Shown here: positions 26,397 through 35,381 of the stretch, one piece after another | Layout: every line of letters starts with the position of its first letter | Position numbering within the stretch: position 1 is the first letter of the stretch | Source of the DNA: SAR86 cluster bacterium | GTDB lineage: Bacteria; Pseudomonadota; Gammaproteobacteria; Magnimaribacterales; AG-339-G14 | Assembly (NCBI GenBank): GCA_028135785.1 | Contig: JAOIHS010000001.1 | Location: forward strand, 63,194 to 127,193 | Direction of reading: 5' to 3' | Length of the DNA stretch: 64,000 nt | Made by a program: the position numbers and the translations under genes | Notes under the pieces: model-generated | What the model was told of the DNA's origin: nothing | Seen by the model: the letters and a program-made list of their open reading frames with translations, nothing else | Database searches by the model: none

Positions 26397-28163
26397 TTAC
26401 TCCTTGGGTTTCGATGTATTTTTTATAGCCAATTCTTTCAATTCTTGATCAGAAATTGGGCAAGGTGCATCCGTCATTAAACAATATGCTGATTGTGTTT
26501 TTGGAAAAGCAATGACATCCCTTATTGAGTCTTCTTTACAAATCAACATAGCCAGTCTATCCAAGCCGAAAGCAATTCCACCATGAGGTGGGCAGCCATA
26601 ATCAAGAGCCTCTAGGAAGAAACCAAATTTTTCTTCCGCTTCTTTTTCATTTATTCCCAAGATTGAAAGAACTTTTCTTTGTTCCTCAGAATTATGTATA
26701 CGCATTGAGCCGCCGCCAATCTCATAACCATTAATTACTAAATCGTATGCTTCAGCAACTGCTGCAGCAGGATCTTTTTCCAGAATCTCTAATTCATTAG
26801 ACGTTCTCGTAAATGGATGATGACTAGGAGTCAATGAGCCGTCTATAGCCTCATCAAAAACAGGAAAATCTATGATCCAGACAGGCGACCATTCTGATTC
26901 ATTAATCAAATTTAAATCTAGTCCTAATTTTTCTCTTAAAGCGCCCATAGACTCATTCACTATTTTTTTATGCCCAGCTCCAAAAAATACAGTATCACCA
27001 GAAGCTAACTTTAATTGACTAGAAATTTGATTAATTTCATTATCTGATAGAAATTTCAAAATTGGTGACTGAAGTCCTTCTTTTAAATCTTTGGTATCAT
27101 TAACTCTTATGTAAGCGAGACCTTTGGCACCATAATTACCTACAAATTTAGTGTATTCATCAATTTGCTTTCTAGTTAAGGGACTTGAGACTTTAAGAGC
27201 AACCAATCTGGAATTAATATCATTTGCAGGACCACCGAAGACTTTAAATTCAGAATTAATGAACACATCTTTTACATCTATGAGTTCAAGTGGGTTACGC
27301 AAATCCGGTTTATCAGAGCCAAATTTTTTAATTGCTTCTGAATAAGAAAGCGTTGAAAATTTATCTAAATCTACACCTATAGCATTCTTATAAACTGATT
27401 TAATTAACTCCTCAGCAGTATCCATTATTTCCTGAGAAGAAGTGAAAGACATCTCTATATCAACTTGAGTAAACTCTGGTTGTCTGTCTTTTCTTGTGTC
27501 TTCATCTCTAAAACATCTGACTACTTGAAAATATTTTCCAAAACCACTAATCATTAATAACTGTTTAAATAATTGCGGAGATTGAGGCAGAGCATAAAAG
27601 CTACCTTGATTTACTCTACTTGGAATAACAAAATCTCTTGCGCCTTCTGGAGTAGCTTTAGTCATCATAGGAGTTTCAATATCTATGAAATCCTGATTAG
27701 TTAAAAATGATCTTATTTGTGAGTTTATTTTTGATCTAAGACGAATATTTTTTTGCATTTCAGATCTTCTAAGATCTAGATACCTGTATTTAAGTCTAGT
27801 TTCTTCACCTACCTTAATGTGCTCATCCAATTGAAAAGGCATCGGCTTGCTCTTAGATAATATTTCTAGAGAGCTAGAATTAAGTTCAATTTCCCCAGTG
27901 TTCATCTTTTTATTAATCGTGCCTTCTGGTCTAGCTGATATTAATCCTGTTAAAGAAATTACATATTCATTTCTAACAGACTCCGCAATATTAAAAATTT
28001 CTTTGTTTTGGGGCTCAACTACAACTTGAAGAATATTTAGACCCTCTCTTAAATCGATAAATATAACTCCTCCATGATCTCTAATGTTTTCGACCCATCC
28101 AGAAACTAAGATAGTTTGGTTTAAATTATTTTTATCTAATGAGCCTATAAGTGTTCTTTCCAT
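26397..28163 (-). CDS. aspS: aspartate--tRNA ligase
   Basis: 588 aa with an OB-fold N-terminus; FRDEDTRKDRQPEFTQVD and GLDRLAML motifs. Confidence 0.95.
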   Translation of the reverse strand: MERTLIGSLDKNNLNQTILVSGWVENIRDHGGVIFIDLREGLNILQVVVEPQNKEIFNIAESVRNEYVISLTGLISARPEGTINKKMNTGEIELNSSSLEILSKSKPMPFQLDEHIKVGEETRLKYRYLDLRRSEMQKNIRLRSKINSQIRSFLTNQDFIDIETPMMTKATPEGARDFVIPSRVNQGSFYALPQSPQLFKQLLMISGFGKYFQVVRCFRDEDTRKDRQPEFTQVDIEMSFTSSQEIMDTAEELIKSVYKNAIGVDLDKFSTLSYSEAIKKFGSDKPDLRNPLELIDVKDVFINSEFKVFGGPANDINSRLVALKVSSPLTRKQIDEYTKFVGNYGAKGLAYIRVNDTKDLKEGLQSPILKFLSDNEINQISSQLKLASGDTVFFGAGHKKIVNESMGALREKLGLDLNLINESEWSPVWIIDFPVFDEAIDGSLTPSHHPFTRTSNELEILEKDPAAAVAEAYDLVINGYEIGGGSMRIHNSEEQRKVLSILGINEKEAEEKFGFFLEALDYGCPPHGGIAFGLDRLAMLICKEDSIRDVIAFPKTQSAYCLMTDAPCPISDQELKELAIKNTSKPKE

Positions 28164-28164
28164 A

Positions 28165-28422
28165 TTATTGATCTTTGGTTGCTGACTTGTGAGGTGTTTT
28201 CTTTTCAGATTTATCTGATTGTACTAAATTTTTCTTATTGCCTGTTTTAAAGTCTGTCTCATACCAACCTTTGCCACCTAATCTAAAAGAAGGCGCAGAA
28301 ACTACTTTTTTAACAATTGCGTCTGACGAACATTCACAAGAAATATTTTTTGATCCGGATATACTTACAATTTTTTCAAATCTTTTATTACAGTTACTGC
28401 ATTCAAATTCATAAATTGGCAT
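28165..28422 (-). CDS. FmdB-family zinc-ribbon protein
   Basis: MPIYEFECSNCNKRFE...SCEC followed by a lysine-rich tail; located upstream of aspS. Confidence 0.7.
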   Translation of the reverse strand: MPIYEFECSNCNKRFEKIVSISGSKNISCECSSDAIVKKVVSAPSFRLGGKGWYETDFKTGNKKNLVQSDKSEKKTPHKSATKDQ

Positions 28423-28425
28423 TTA

Positions 28426-28453
28426 TTGACCTCGATTTAAAAAAAAATAGTAT
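28426..28453 (+). promoter_or_regulatory. candidate sigma70 promoter for proS (TTGACC-16 nt-TAGTAT)
   Basis: TTGACC at 28426-28431, a 16-nt spacer, then TAGTAT at 28448-28453, which is 36 nt before the proS ATG. Confidence 0.4.
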
Positions 28454-28489
28454 GATTCCACTTATTAACAAGAATAAACCTATTTTAAT

Positions 28490-29749
28490 ATGAAAGCCTC
28501 TTTATATCACTATAAAACACTAAGAGAATCGCCAAGTGAAGCAGAATTAGTAAGTCATAAATTGATGATAAGAGCGAATATGATAAAACCTTTAGCATCA
28601 GGAATTTATAGTTGGCTGCCCTTAGGATTTAAGGTTCTAAAAAAAGTAGAAAATATAGTTAGAGAGGAAATGGATTCAAGTGGTTGTCTTGAAATTTTGA
28701 TGCCGATGGTTCAACCTAAAGATCTGTGGGATGAAACAGGAAGATCAAGTGAATATGGACCTGAGTTGCTTGGATTTAAAGACAGAGGAGATAGAGATTT
28801 TTACCTAGGCCCTACTCATGAAGAAGTAATAACTGATATAGGAAGGAAAGAGATTAAAAGTCCAAAAGACTTGCCTATTACCTTTTACCAAATACAAACA
28901 AAATTTAGAGATGAAATTAGACCTAGGTTTGGTGTAATGAGAGCAAGAGAATTTTTAATGAAAGATGCTTATTCATTTGATATTGACGAAAAAGCAATGA
29001 GAGAAAATTATCAACAAATTCGAAGTATTTATGTGAAAATTTTTGATCGATTAGGCTTAGATTACAGAATAGTTAATGCTGATTCCGGCTCCATAGGTGG
29101 CAGTTCATCAGAAGAGTTTCACGTATTAGCAGATTCAGGAGAAGACTTGCTGGCTTTTAGTGATACAAGTGACTTTGCTTGTAACGTAGACCTGATAGAG
29201 GAAAAGGATATAGATAAAATTCCAGGAATGCCCAGTCCTGATGGAAAAGGTTCATTACAAATTAAAAAAGGTATTGAAGTTGGACATATTTTTCAACTTG
29301 GTGATAAATATAGCAAAGCATTAGGTTTGAAAGTGCAGAGCGATAACACAATGAAATTCCTTCAAATGGGATGTTATGGAATCGGAATTTCAAGAATAAT
29401 AGCGGCTTGTATAGAGCAAAATTATGATGATAAAGGCATAATTTTTCCAAAAGAATTAGCACCTTTTGATATTACTATAATATTAATAAATCAAAAAAAT
29501 AATTCATTAATTAATGAAAAGGCTCTTATGTTTTACAAGAGGCTCAAAAAAAGTGGTTTTGACATTCTATTGGATGATAGAGATTGTTCGCCAGGTGTTA
29601 AATTTTCAGATGCAGATCTTGTTGGATGCCCCAATCAAATAGTTATCAGTCAGAAAGCTTTAGATAATGATGCCTTTGAAGTCATTAATAGATCGGATCT
29701 ATCAAAGAAAGAGTTAAGTGAAAGTGACCTATTCGCTTTCTTCTGTTGA
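28490..29749 (+). CDS. proS: proline--tRNA ligase, bacterial type but lacking the INS editing domain
   Basis: Motif 2 is [17 protein letters not shown] and motif 3 is [10 protein letters not shown], with a C-terminal anticodon-binding domain. The protein is only 419 aa, with about 130 aa between motifs 2 and 3. Confidence 0.9.
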   Translation: MKASLYHYKTLRESPSEAELVSHKLMIRANMIKPLASGIYSWLPLGFKVLKKVENIVREEMDSSGCLEILMPMVQPKDLWDETGRSSEYGPELLGFKDRGDRDFYLGPTHEEVITDIGRKEIKSPKDLPITFYQIQTKFRDEIRPRFGVMRAREFLMKDAYSFDIDEKAMRENYQQIRSIYVKIFDRLGLDYRIVNADSGSIGGSSSEEFHVLADSGEDLLAFSDTSDFACNVDLIEEKDIDKIPGMPSPDGKGSLQIKKGIEVGHIFQLGDKYSKALGLKVQSDNTMKFLQMGCYGIGISRIIAACIEQNYDDKGIIFPKELAPFDITIILINQKNNSLINEKALMFYKRLKKSGFDILLDDRDCSPGVKFSDADLVGCPNQIVISQKALDNDAFEVINRSDLSKKELSESDLFAFFC

Positions 29750-30820
29750 GTTATCTTCTACTAAATTTTCTTCTACTGGGTTTTCTTTATCTTTAATAGC
29801 TTGATAAATTCTCTTTTCGATCTCTTTCATTATTTTAGGATTTTGTTTTAAAAACTCACCAGAATTAGTTTTTCCTTGTCCTATTTTTTCACCTTCGTAT
29901 GAATACCAGGCTCCTGCTTTTTCAACTATCTTATAATCAGAACCTATATCTAGTAATTCTCCAGTTTTATTTATGCCCTTGCCATATAAAATTTGAAATT
30001 CTGCTTGCCTAAAAGGAGGCGCTACTTTGTTTTTAACAACTTTCACTCTTGTTTCATTTCCAGTAACTTCATCGCCTTCTTTGACTGTTCCTATTCTTCT
30101 TATGTCCAATCTAACTGATGAGTAAAATTTAAGTGCATTTCCACCAGATGTTGTCTCTGGATTTCCAAACATAACTCCAATTTTCATTCTGATTTGATTA
30201 ATAAATATTACAGTTGTATTTGATCTCTTGATATTACCTGTAATTTTTCTTAAGGCTTGTGACATTAATCTTGCTTGAAGGCCTACATGATGATCTCCCA
30301 TCTCTCCTTCAATTTCTGCTCGTGGTGTAAGCGCTGCTACTGAGTCAATAACTAGAACATCGATTCCGCCAGATTTCACCATGATATCGGCTACTTCTAA
30401 TGCTTGTTCTCCATTATCTGGTTGAGATAGCAGTAAGTCATCAACTTTAACTCCTAATTTTTCCGCATATATTGGATCTAGGGCGTGCTCTGCGTCTATA
30501 AATGCTGCAGTTCCACCTTGTTTTTGGCACTCAGCAATAACTTGCAGAGTTAATGTAGTTTTTCCAGATGACTCGGGACCAAATATCTCAACTACTCTTC
30601 CTCTTGGCAATCCCATTACGCCAAGCGCCAAATCTAAACCTAGTGATCCGGTAGATATACTAGGAACATCTTCTACTTTTTTATCGCCCATCCTCATAAT
30701 AGTTCCAGTTCCGAACTGGCTTTCTATCTGAGTTATAGCAGATGCTAAATTCTTATTTCTATCTGAAGATAATTCTTCAGTCTTTGTGTTTTTTGTTTTT
30801 TTTGTATTTCTTATAGTCAT
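29729..30820 (-). CDS. recA: recombinase RecA
   Basis: Walker A motif GPESSGKTT, the [28 protein letters not shown] region and an acidic C-terminal tail. Confidence 0.97.
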   Translation of the reverse strand: MTIRNTKKTKNTKTEELSSDRNKNLASAITQIESQFGTGTIMRMGDKKVEDVPSISTGSLGLDLALGVMGLPRGRVVEIFGPESSGKTTLTLQVIAECQKQGGTAAFIDAEHALDPIYAEKLGVKVDDLLLSQPDNGEQALEVADIMVKSGGIDVLVIDSVAALTPRAEIEGEMGDHHVGLQARLMSQALRKITGNIKRSNTTVIFINQIRMKIGVMFGNPETTSGGNALKFYSSVRLDIRRIGTVKEGDEVTGNETRVKVVKNKVAPPFRQAEFQILYGKGINKTGELLDIGSDYKIVEKAGAWYSYEGEKIGQGKTNSGEFLKQNPKIMKEIEKRIYQAIKDKENPVEENLVEDNSTEESE

Positions 30821-30828
30821 AATGTTGT

Positions 30829-30848
30829 TACTGTGTATTTATACAGTA
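30829..30848 (-). promoter_or_regulatory. LexA (SOS) box upstream of recA
   Basis: TACTGTGTATTTATACAGTA, i.e. CTGT-N8-ACAG, matches the gammaproteobacterial consensus TACTGTATATATATACAGTA. It lies 9 nt upstream of the recA ATG. Confidence 0.8.
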
Positions 30849-30865
30849 TTTAATACTAAATGATC

Positions 30866-31387
30866 TTAATTTGCAATACTTTTTATAAAATTATTTATTG
30901 CGTTAAAAGCAAAGTAAACGCTCTGTTGTCTTACTTTGTCTCTATCGCCTAAAAATAGTTGAGTAGTAGTGATAATATTTTCCTTATTTCCATAAGCAAA
31001 ACAAACTGTTCCTACTGGTCTTTCCTCTGATCCTCCTCCTGGTCCTGCAATACCACTTATGGCGATAGCATAATCTGATTGACCTAATTGCATTGCGCCT
31101 ATTGCCATTTCTTTTACTACGCTTTCAGATACAGCTCCTTCTTTTAATAAAGTTTCTTTGTTTACGCTCAAGATTTTTACTTTGGCGCTGTTTGAATATG
31201 TTATCAATCCAGTGCCATACCACTTAGAGCTTCCTGGCATTCCAGTAATTTCTTTTCCTAACCAACCTCCAGTACAAGACTCGGCGGTTGAAATGGATTG
31301 GTTTTGACTTGATAAATAATTTCCTACATATTCCAATAAAGAATATAAATCTGTCGAAGTATTAGTCATATATAAATTATAATTCAT
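30866..31387 (-). CDS. pncC: CinA C-terminal domain protein / nicotinamide-nucleotide amidohydrolase PncC
   Basis: [16 protein letters not shown]...[20 protein letters not shown] motifs; located upstream of recA. The start may be the Met at 31369. Confidence 0.85.
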   Translation of the reverse strand: MNYNLYMTNTSTDLYSLLEYVGNYLSSQNQSISTAESCTGGWLGKEITGMPGSSKWYGTGLITYSNSAKVKILSVNKETLLKEGAVSESVVKEMAIGAMQLGQSDYAIAISGIAGPGGGSEERPVGTVCFAYGNKENIITTTQLFLGDRDKVRQQSVYFAFNAINNFIKSIAN

Positions 31388-31389
31388 TC

Positions 31390-31716
31390 ATGACTTTTAT
31401 TGTTGGTTCGGCATGCGTAAATTGTAAACATACAGATTGTGTTGAAGTTTGTCCTGTTGATTGTTTTTACGAAGGAGAAAATACTCTGGTTATAGATCCG
31501 GAGGAGTGTATTGATTGTGGCCTCTGTGAACCTGAGTGTCCAGTTAATGCAATTTATGCTGAAGATGAAGTCCCTGCTGATGAAATTGATTTCATTAAAA
31601 TAAATGAAAAATACTCTCAAATATGGCCCAACATTACAGAAGCGAAGGAGCCTCTTCTCGATCATGAAAAATGGAAAGATGTTCCAAATAAAATTGACCT
31701 TTTAATATTGGAATAA
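31390..31716 (+). CDS. fdxA: 7Fe ferredoxin (Azotobacter FdxA type)
   Basis: [29 protein letters not shown]...[12 protein letters not shown]. Confidence 0.92.
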   Translation: MTFIVGSACVNCKHTDCVEVCPVDCFYEGENTLVIDPEECIDCGLCEPECPVNAIYAEDEVPADEIDFIKINEKYSQIWPNITEAKEPLLDHEKWKDVPNKIDLLILE

Positions 31717-31744
31717 AATAATTAATTAATTTTTTGGAAAAAAC

Positions 31745-32161
31745 ATGGATATATCACTTGAATGGCTAAATGATAATAAACCAGGGGAAACGGCTAAATT
31801 TTTTGATTTACAATTTCTTGAGAGAATAGAAGATGTGTTCAAATTGAAAGTTACTTTTCCTACTGAATCTGCAAATCCTATGAATATGGTTCAAGGTGGA
31901 ATGATTGCTGCTGCATTAGATGACGCAACTGCTATGGCAGTGATAAGTGCGTATGAATTTAAAAAAAGCCCTCTTTCAACCGATTTGCATGTGTTATTTC
32001 ATAGACCCGTCATGATTGGCGAAGCCTTCATAGATGTAAAGTTGATAAAACTTGGCAGAAAAATTGCTACAGTCGAAGGCAAGCTCTTTACTCCAGAAAA
32101 TAAATTAGCCGCAACTCTTCTCCACACCATTCAACCTACTGATATAAAAAAAAGTTCATAA
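31745..32161 (+). CDS. PaaI-family hotdog-fold thioesterase
   Basis: 138 aa with NMVQGGMIAAALDDATAMAV, typical of PaaI/4HBT class II thioesterases. Confidence 0.7.
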   Translation: MDISLEWLNDNKPGETAKFFDLQFLERIEDVFKLKVTFPTESANPMNMVQGGMIAAALDDATAMAVISAYEFKKSPLSTDLHVLFHRPVMIGEAFIDVKLIKLGRKIATVEGKLFTPENKLAATLLHTIQPTDIKKSS

Positions 32162-32180
32162 AAAGGCAATCGATTTGAGT

Positions 32181-32345
32181 TCTTCTTAGAAAAAGAGCAT
32201 GCTCAATAGATGGATAAATCTGAGCGAATAAGTAGATCAGTCCATGCAAGAACTAATAGATCTAAGGTTCGAAAAACCTTAGAACAAAAAGCTGAGCATC
32301 TTCGATGTGACTTGCATAGGCTGAGAAAAAAGAAACGAAAGTTTC
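32181..32345. ncRNA. candidate structured RNA, unclassified (nested inverted repeats; strand not determined)
   Basis: Pairings seen: 32181-32190 with 32321-32330; 32242-32250 with 32311-32320; a perfect 9-bp hairpin at 32261-32283; small hairpins at 32297-32307 and 32332-32345. The region is GC-richer than other spacers and has no ORF. Confidence 0.3.
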
Positions 32346-32356
32346 ATTTAAAACAC

Positions 32357-32385
32357 CCTATTATTTAAAAAAATTTTAATAATAG
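32357..32385 (-). terminator. AT-rich hairpin (CCTATTATT/AATAATAGG), possible terminator of the pcm operon
   Basis: A perfect 9-bp inverted repeat. On the minus strand it is followed by GGGTGTTTTAAAT. It lies 89 nt downstream of the pcm stop. Confidence 0.35.
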
Positions 32386-32473
32386 GAAAAAAGATTTTTA
32401 ATTAAATCTTTGGGACTCTTTTAAAATAAAAAATTGTAAATTGAATATTTTTTTACCACAAATAAGTTTAATC

Positions 32474-33163
32474 CTAATTTTTAATAATCCCTGGAAGCAT
32501 TGGAACAAATAGAGCAGACTCTATTATTGTTTCTTTATATTCTTCTTTTGAAACTCTTTCTAATAAAACTAAATTTTGTGATTTATCATTTCCACAAGGA
32601 CAGATTAATTTACCGCCAATATTTAATTGAGCTTTTAACTTAGAAGGTATTTCAGTGATTGCAGCCGCACAAGTTATAGCGTCAAATTTTTTATGGATAG
32701 GCCAGCCCATGGTGCCGTCTGACCAACGGATTAAAAAGTTTTTAATGCCTGCTTTTTCTAAATTAACTATGGCTCTATCAGCCAGAGGCTTTATACGTTC
32801 TATAGAAAAAACTTTTCGACAAAACCTAGAAAGGATAGCTGTTTGATAACCACAACCAGTTCCTATTTCTAGAATAGTTTCTAGAGGCTTTTTTTCTAAG
32901 ATATTCCCTTTGATTAAAATTTCAGTCATCTTGGCAACGATATAAGGTTGAGAAATAGTTTGTTTATAGCCTATGGGTAGAGACATGTCCTCGTATGCTC
33001 TACTAGCAAAGGCGCCATCTACAAAAAGATGTCGTGGTGTCTTTAAAATTGCTTCTAATATTCTTACGTCTGATATTCCTTTGTCAGCTAAAGATTCAGC
33101 CAGAGCTTTCCTAGCTCTTTCATAAGTTAGCTCTGTCTGGTGATTCCCTTTAAAACCTATCAA
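32474..33163 (-). CDS. pcm: protein-L-isoaspartate O-methyltransferase
   Basis: QTISQPYIVAKMTE and the SAM motif ILEIGTGCGYQTA; surE-pcm synteny. Confidence 0.93.
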   Translation of the reverse strand: MIGFKGNHQTELTYERARKALAESLADKGISDVRILEAILKTPRHLFVDGAFASRAYEDMSLPIGYKQTISQPYIVAKMTEILIKGNILEKKPLETILEIGTGCGYQTAILSRFCRKVFSIERIKPLADRAIVNLEKAGIKNFLIRWSDGTMGWPIHKKFDAITCAAAITEIPSKLKAQLNIGGKLICPCGNDKSQNLVLLERVSKEEYKETIIESALFVPMLPGIIKN

Positions 33164-33896
33164 GCCAGTTGCCTGCTTTTCTCATACTCACTGCATCAAA
33201 AGTTCTGATTTTTATTGGTGATAAAGAGATATGCCCTGCTTCAAGGCAACTAAGATCATCCATAATTTCTTCATCTGGAATCAAGTTTTGATCTAAGAAA
33301 GTTTTAGTTACTTTAATTTTAGGGTTTGGATAAATATTATGATCAGGCACATTCAAATTTAAAATTGAATTTTCTGATATATCCAAGTTATCAATATTTT
33401 CTAGTAATTTAGTAACTGTTCTAGCGGCTAAGCTATAATCACTTATTTCAAAAGATGCTACTGACACTGCAATAGCTGGATACTTTAAATGTCGACCCTC
33501 AATAGCAGCACCAACTGTTCCCGAATAAAGAAAAACTGGACCTAAATTTGGACCAGGGTTTATTCCTGAAACCACTATATCGGGAGTAAATGGACATAAT
33601 TCATTATTTCCTAAATCTAAGTTTTCAGATTCCAGATTTGCAAGATCTAATTCGAACAAACTTTTACCATTCAAGGAAGTTTTAATACAATCGACAGGAG
33701 TCCCGTCTAAAGAGTAAATATTTTTATCTATTTTTTTTTCTTTTAAAGGTGTTAAAAAAGTTAAGGCACTTCCAAAACCGCTTTTGTTGACATCAGGCGC
33801 CATCATAAATACTTCGTGATTCTTACAAAGCTCTGCGTACAAAGTTTTAATTCCAGGATGATCGTAACCATCGTCATTAGTTAATAATATTTTCAT
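33150..33896 (-). CDS. surE: 5'/3'-nucleotidase SurE
   Basis: MKILLTNDDGYDHPGI and SGINPGPNLG motifs. Confidence 0.93.
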   Translation of the reverse strand: MKILLTNDDGYDHPGIKTLYAELCKNHEVFMMAPDVNKSGFGSALTFLTPLKEKKIDKNIYSLDGTPVDCIKTSLNGKSLFELDLANLESENLDLGNNELCPFTPDIVVSGINPGPNLGPVFLYSGTVGAAIEGRHLKYPAIAVSVASFEISDYSLAARTVTKLLENIDNLDISENSILNLNVPDHNIYPNPKIKVTKTFLDQNLIPDEEIMDDLSCLEAGHISLSPIKIRTFDAVSMRKAGNWLDRF

Positions 33897-34379
33897 TTAA
33901 TTCCTTTTTAATAAAACAGTTGCGTAGGCAGAAATACCCTCTTTTTTTCCTTGATAGCTTAGTCCGTCTGTAGTGGTTGCCTTACAAGAAACACGATCAC
34001 TATCAATTTTTAAAGTTGTAGCTAATTTCATTTCCATCTCAGCCTTATAAGGCTCAAGTCTCGGCACGCTTCCGACATAAGTTGAGTCAATATTAATAAT
34101 TTCTAGATTGATTGAGCGTAATTTATCCATTACATCTTCTAAGATTTTTAAACTGGAAATATCTTTTGAGGAATCATCTTCTAATACAAAAGAGCCTAGA
34201 TCACCTAAGTGAGCTGCTCCCAGTAGTGCATCGCAAATAGCGTGAGTTAATACATCTCCATCGGAATGAGCAATGATTTCAAAATCGCAATCTATAGATA
34301 TCCCTCCAATAGTCATTGAAGTTCCTTTTTTTATTTGATGCACATCGAATCCAAATCCAATTCTTAAATTATCGATCAT
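33897..34379 (-). CDS. ispF: 2-C-methyl-D-erythritol 2,4-cyclodiphosphate synthase
   Basis: GFGFDVHQ...IAHSDGDVLTHAICDALLGA. Confidence 0.95.
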   Translation of the reverse strand: MIDNLRIGFGFDVHQIKKGTSMTIGGISIDCDFEIIAHSDGDVLTHAICDALLGAAHLGDLGSFVLEDDSSKDISSLKILEDVMDKLRSINLEIINIDSTYVGSVPRLEPYKAEMEMKLATTLKIDSDRVSCKATTTDGLSYQGKKEGISAYATVLLKRN

Positions 34380-35089
34380 GATCTACCTATCAATTTTAAA
34401 TATAATTCCGCAACTTCAATATCTTCTTTTTTTGTAACTTTTAAATTCATTCGACTGGAATTTATAGGTTTAATCTCTTTTTTAAAATGACTATAAACAG
34501 CACTCACTTCATCAGTAAAATTTTTATCTTGAGCAACAGCTTCTGATAAAGCATTAAAAACATCTTCTAAAATAAATACCTGCGGTGTAGCTGAAAGCCA
34601 AATTTTAGACCTATCCAAAACCCCCGAGATCATTTCTTTTTTGCTTTGGCTTACACTCTCAGACGGCTGATAAGCTAGAAATGCACCCTGGCCATCTTCT
34701 TTTATTTCTTCTTCAGCATAATCTAACAAAACCGTTAGGTCTGATTTTTGCAAGCAAGGTCTGGCAGCATCATGGATAGCGACTAAAGATGACTTGTCCT
34801 CTTTATCCATAAGCAACTCTAGCCCAGCTAAAACTGAGACCATTCTTGTTGAACCCCCATAACAAGAAATAACCTTTTGATGATTAGAAATTGCTAAAGC
34901 CTTCCAAAGCTCATTGTCTTCATTGGTAGCAACACAGATTGATTTGCAATTTTCATCTTTAATAAAAAGATCCATTGCATGCTCAATAATCGTTTTTTCA
35001 CCAATTTTTGAAAATTGTTTGACTGTATTTAATTGAGCTCTAGTACCTATTCCAGCAGCTGGAATTAAAGCTAAGTATTCATCATTCAT
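34376..35089 (-). CDS. ispD: 2-C-methyl-D-erythritol 4-phosphate cytidylyltransferase
   Basis: ALIPAAGIGTRAQ and AIHDAARP motifs; ATGA overlap with ispF. Confidence 0.92.
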   Translation of the reverse strand: MNDEYLALIPAAGIGTRAQLNTVKQFSKIGEKTIIEHAMDLFIKDENCKSICVATNEDNELWKALAISNHQKVISCYGGSTRMVSVLAGLELLMDKEDKSSLVAIHDAARPCLQKSDLTVLLDYAEEEIKEDGQGAFLAYQPSESVSQSKKEMISGVLDRSKIWLSATPQVFILEDVFNALSEAVAQDKNFTDEVSAVYSHFKKEIKPINSSRMNLKVTKKEDIEVAELYLKLIGRS

Positions 35090-35381
35090 TTTTAATTTCT
35101 ATAATTATTTCGCCTTCTTTAATTAACCCTAATTCCTGTCTTGCATAACTCTCAAGTGCATCTTTATCATTAGTAAGGCTTTCCAATTCTAACTTTAAAT
35201 TATTATTATTTTTTAATTGCTTCTCATTTTTAAGGATTTGCTGTTGATGATTTGCTTTTAATTTTTCTATTTCACCAAAACTATAAGCGCCAAATAATAA
35301 TTGATATAAAAAATACATCAAAGTGAAAGACAAGATAAAAAACGTAAAACTTAAAAAAGGCTTAGCAAAGAGCTGCTTCAT
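35082..35381 (-). CDS. ftsB: cell division protein FtsB
   Basis: The start is taken at MKQLFAKPFL, where the ATG overlaps the eno TAA as TAATG. It has a TM segment and a coiled coil. eno-ftsB-ispD synteny. Confidence 0.8.
   Translation of the reverse strand: MKQLFAKPFLSFTFFILSFTLMYFLYQLLFGAYSFGEIEKLKANHQQQILKNEKQLKNNNNLKLELESLTNDKDALESYARQELGLIKEGEIIIEIKNE

Noticed and set aside
32162-32473. The possibility that the long spacer after pcm is a decayed nlpD or rpoS pseudogene.
   Set aside because: I translated both strands in all frames. Only short stop-interrupted or start-less stretches appear, with nothing resembling LysM/M23 or sigma-70 region motifs. Dense nested inverted repeats argue for RNA structure instead.
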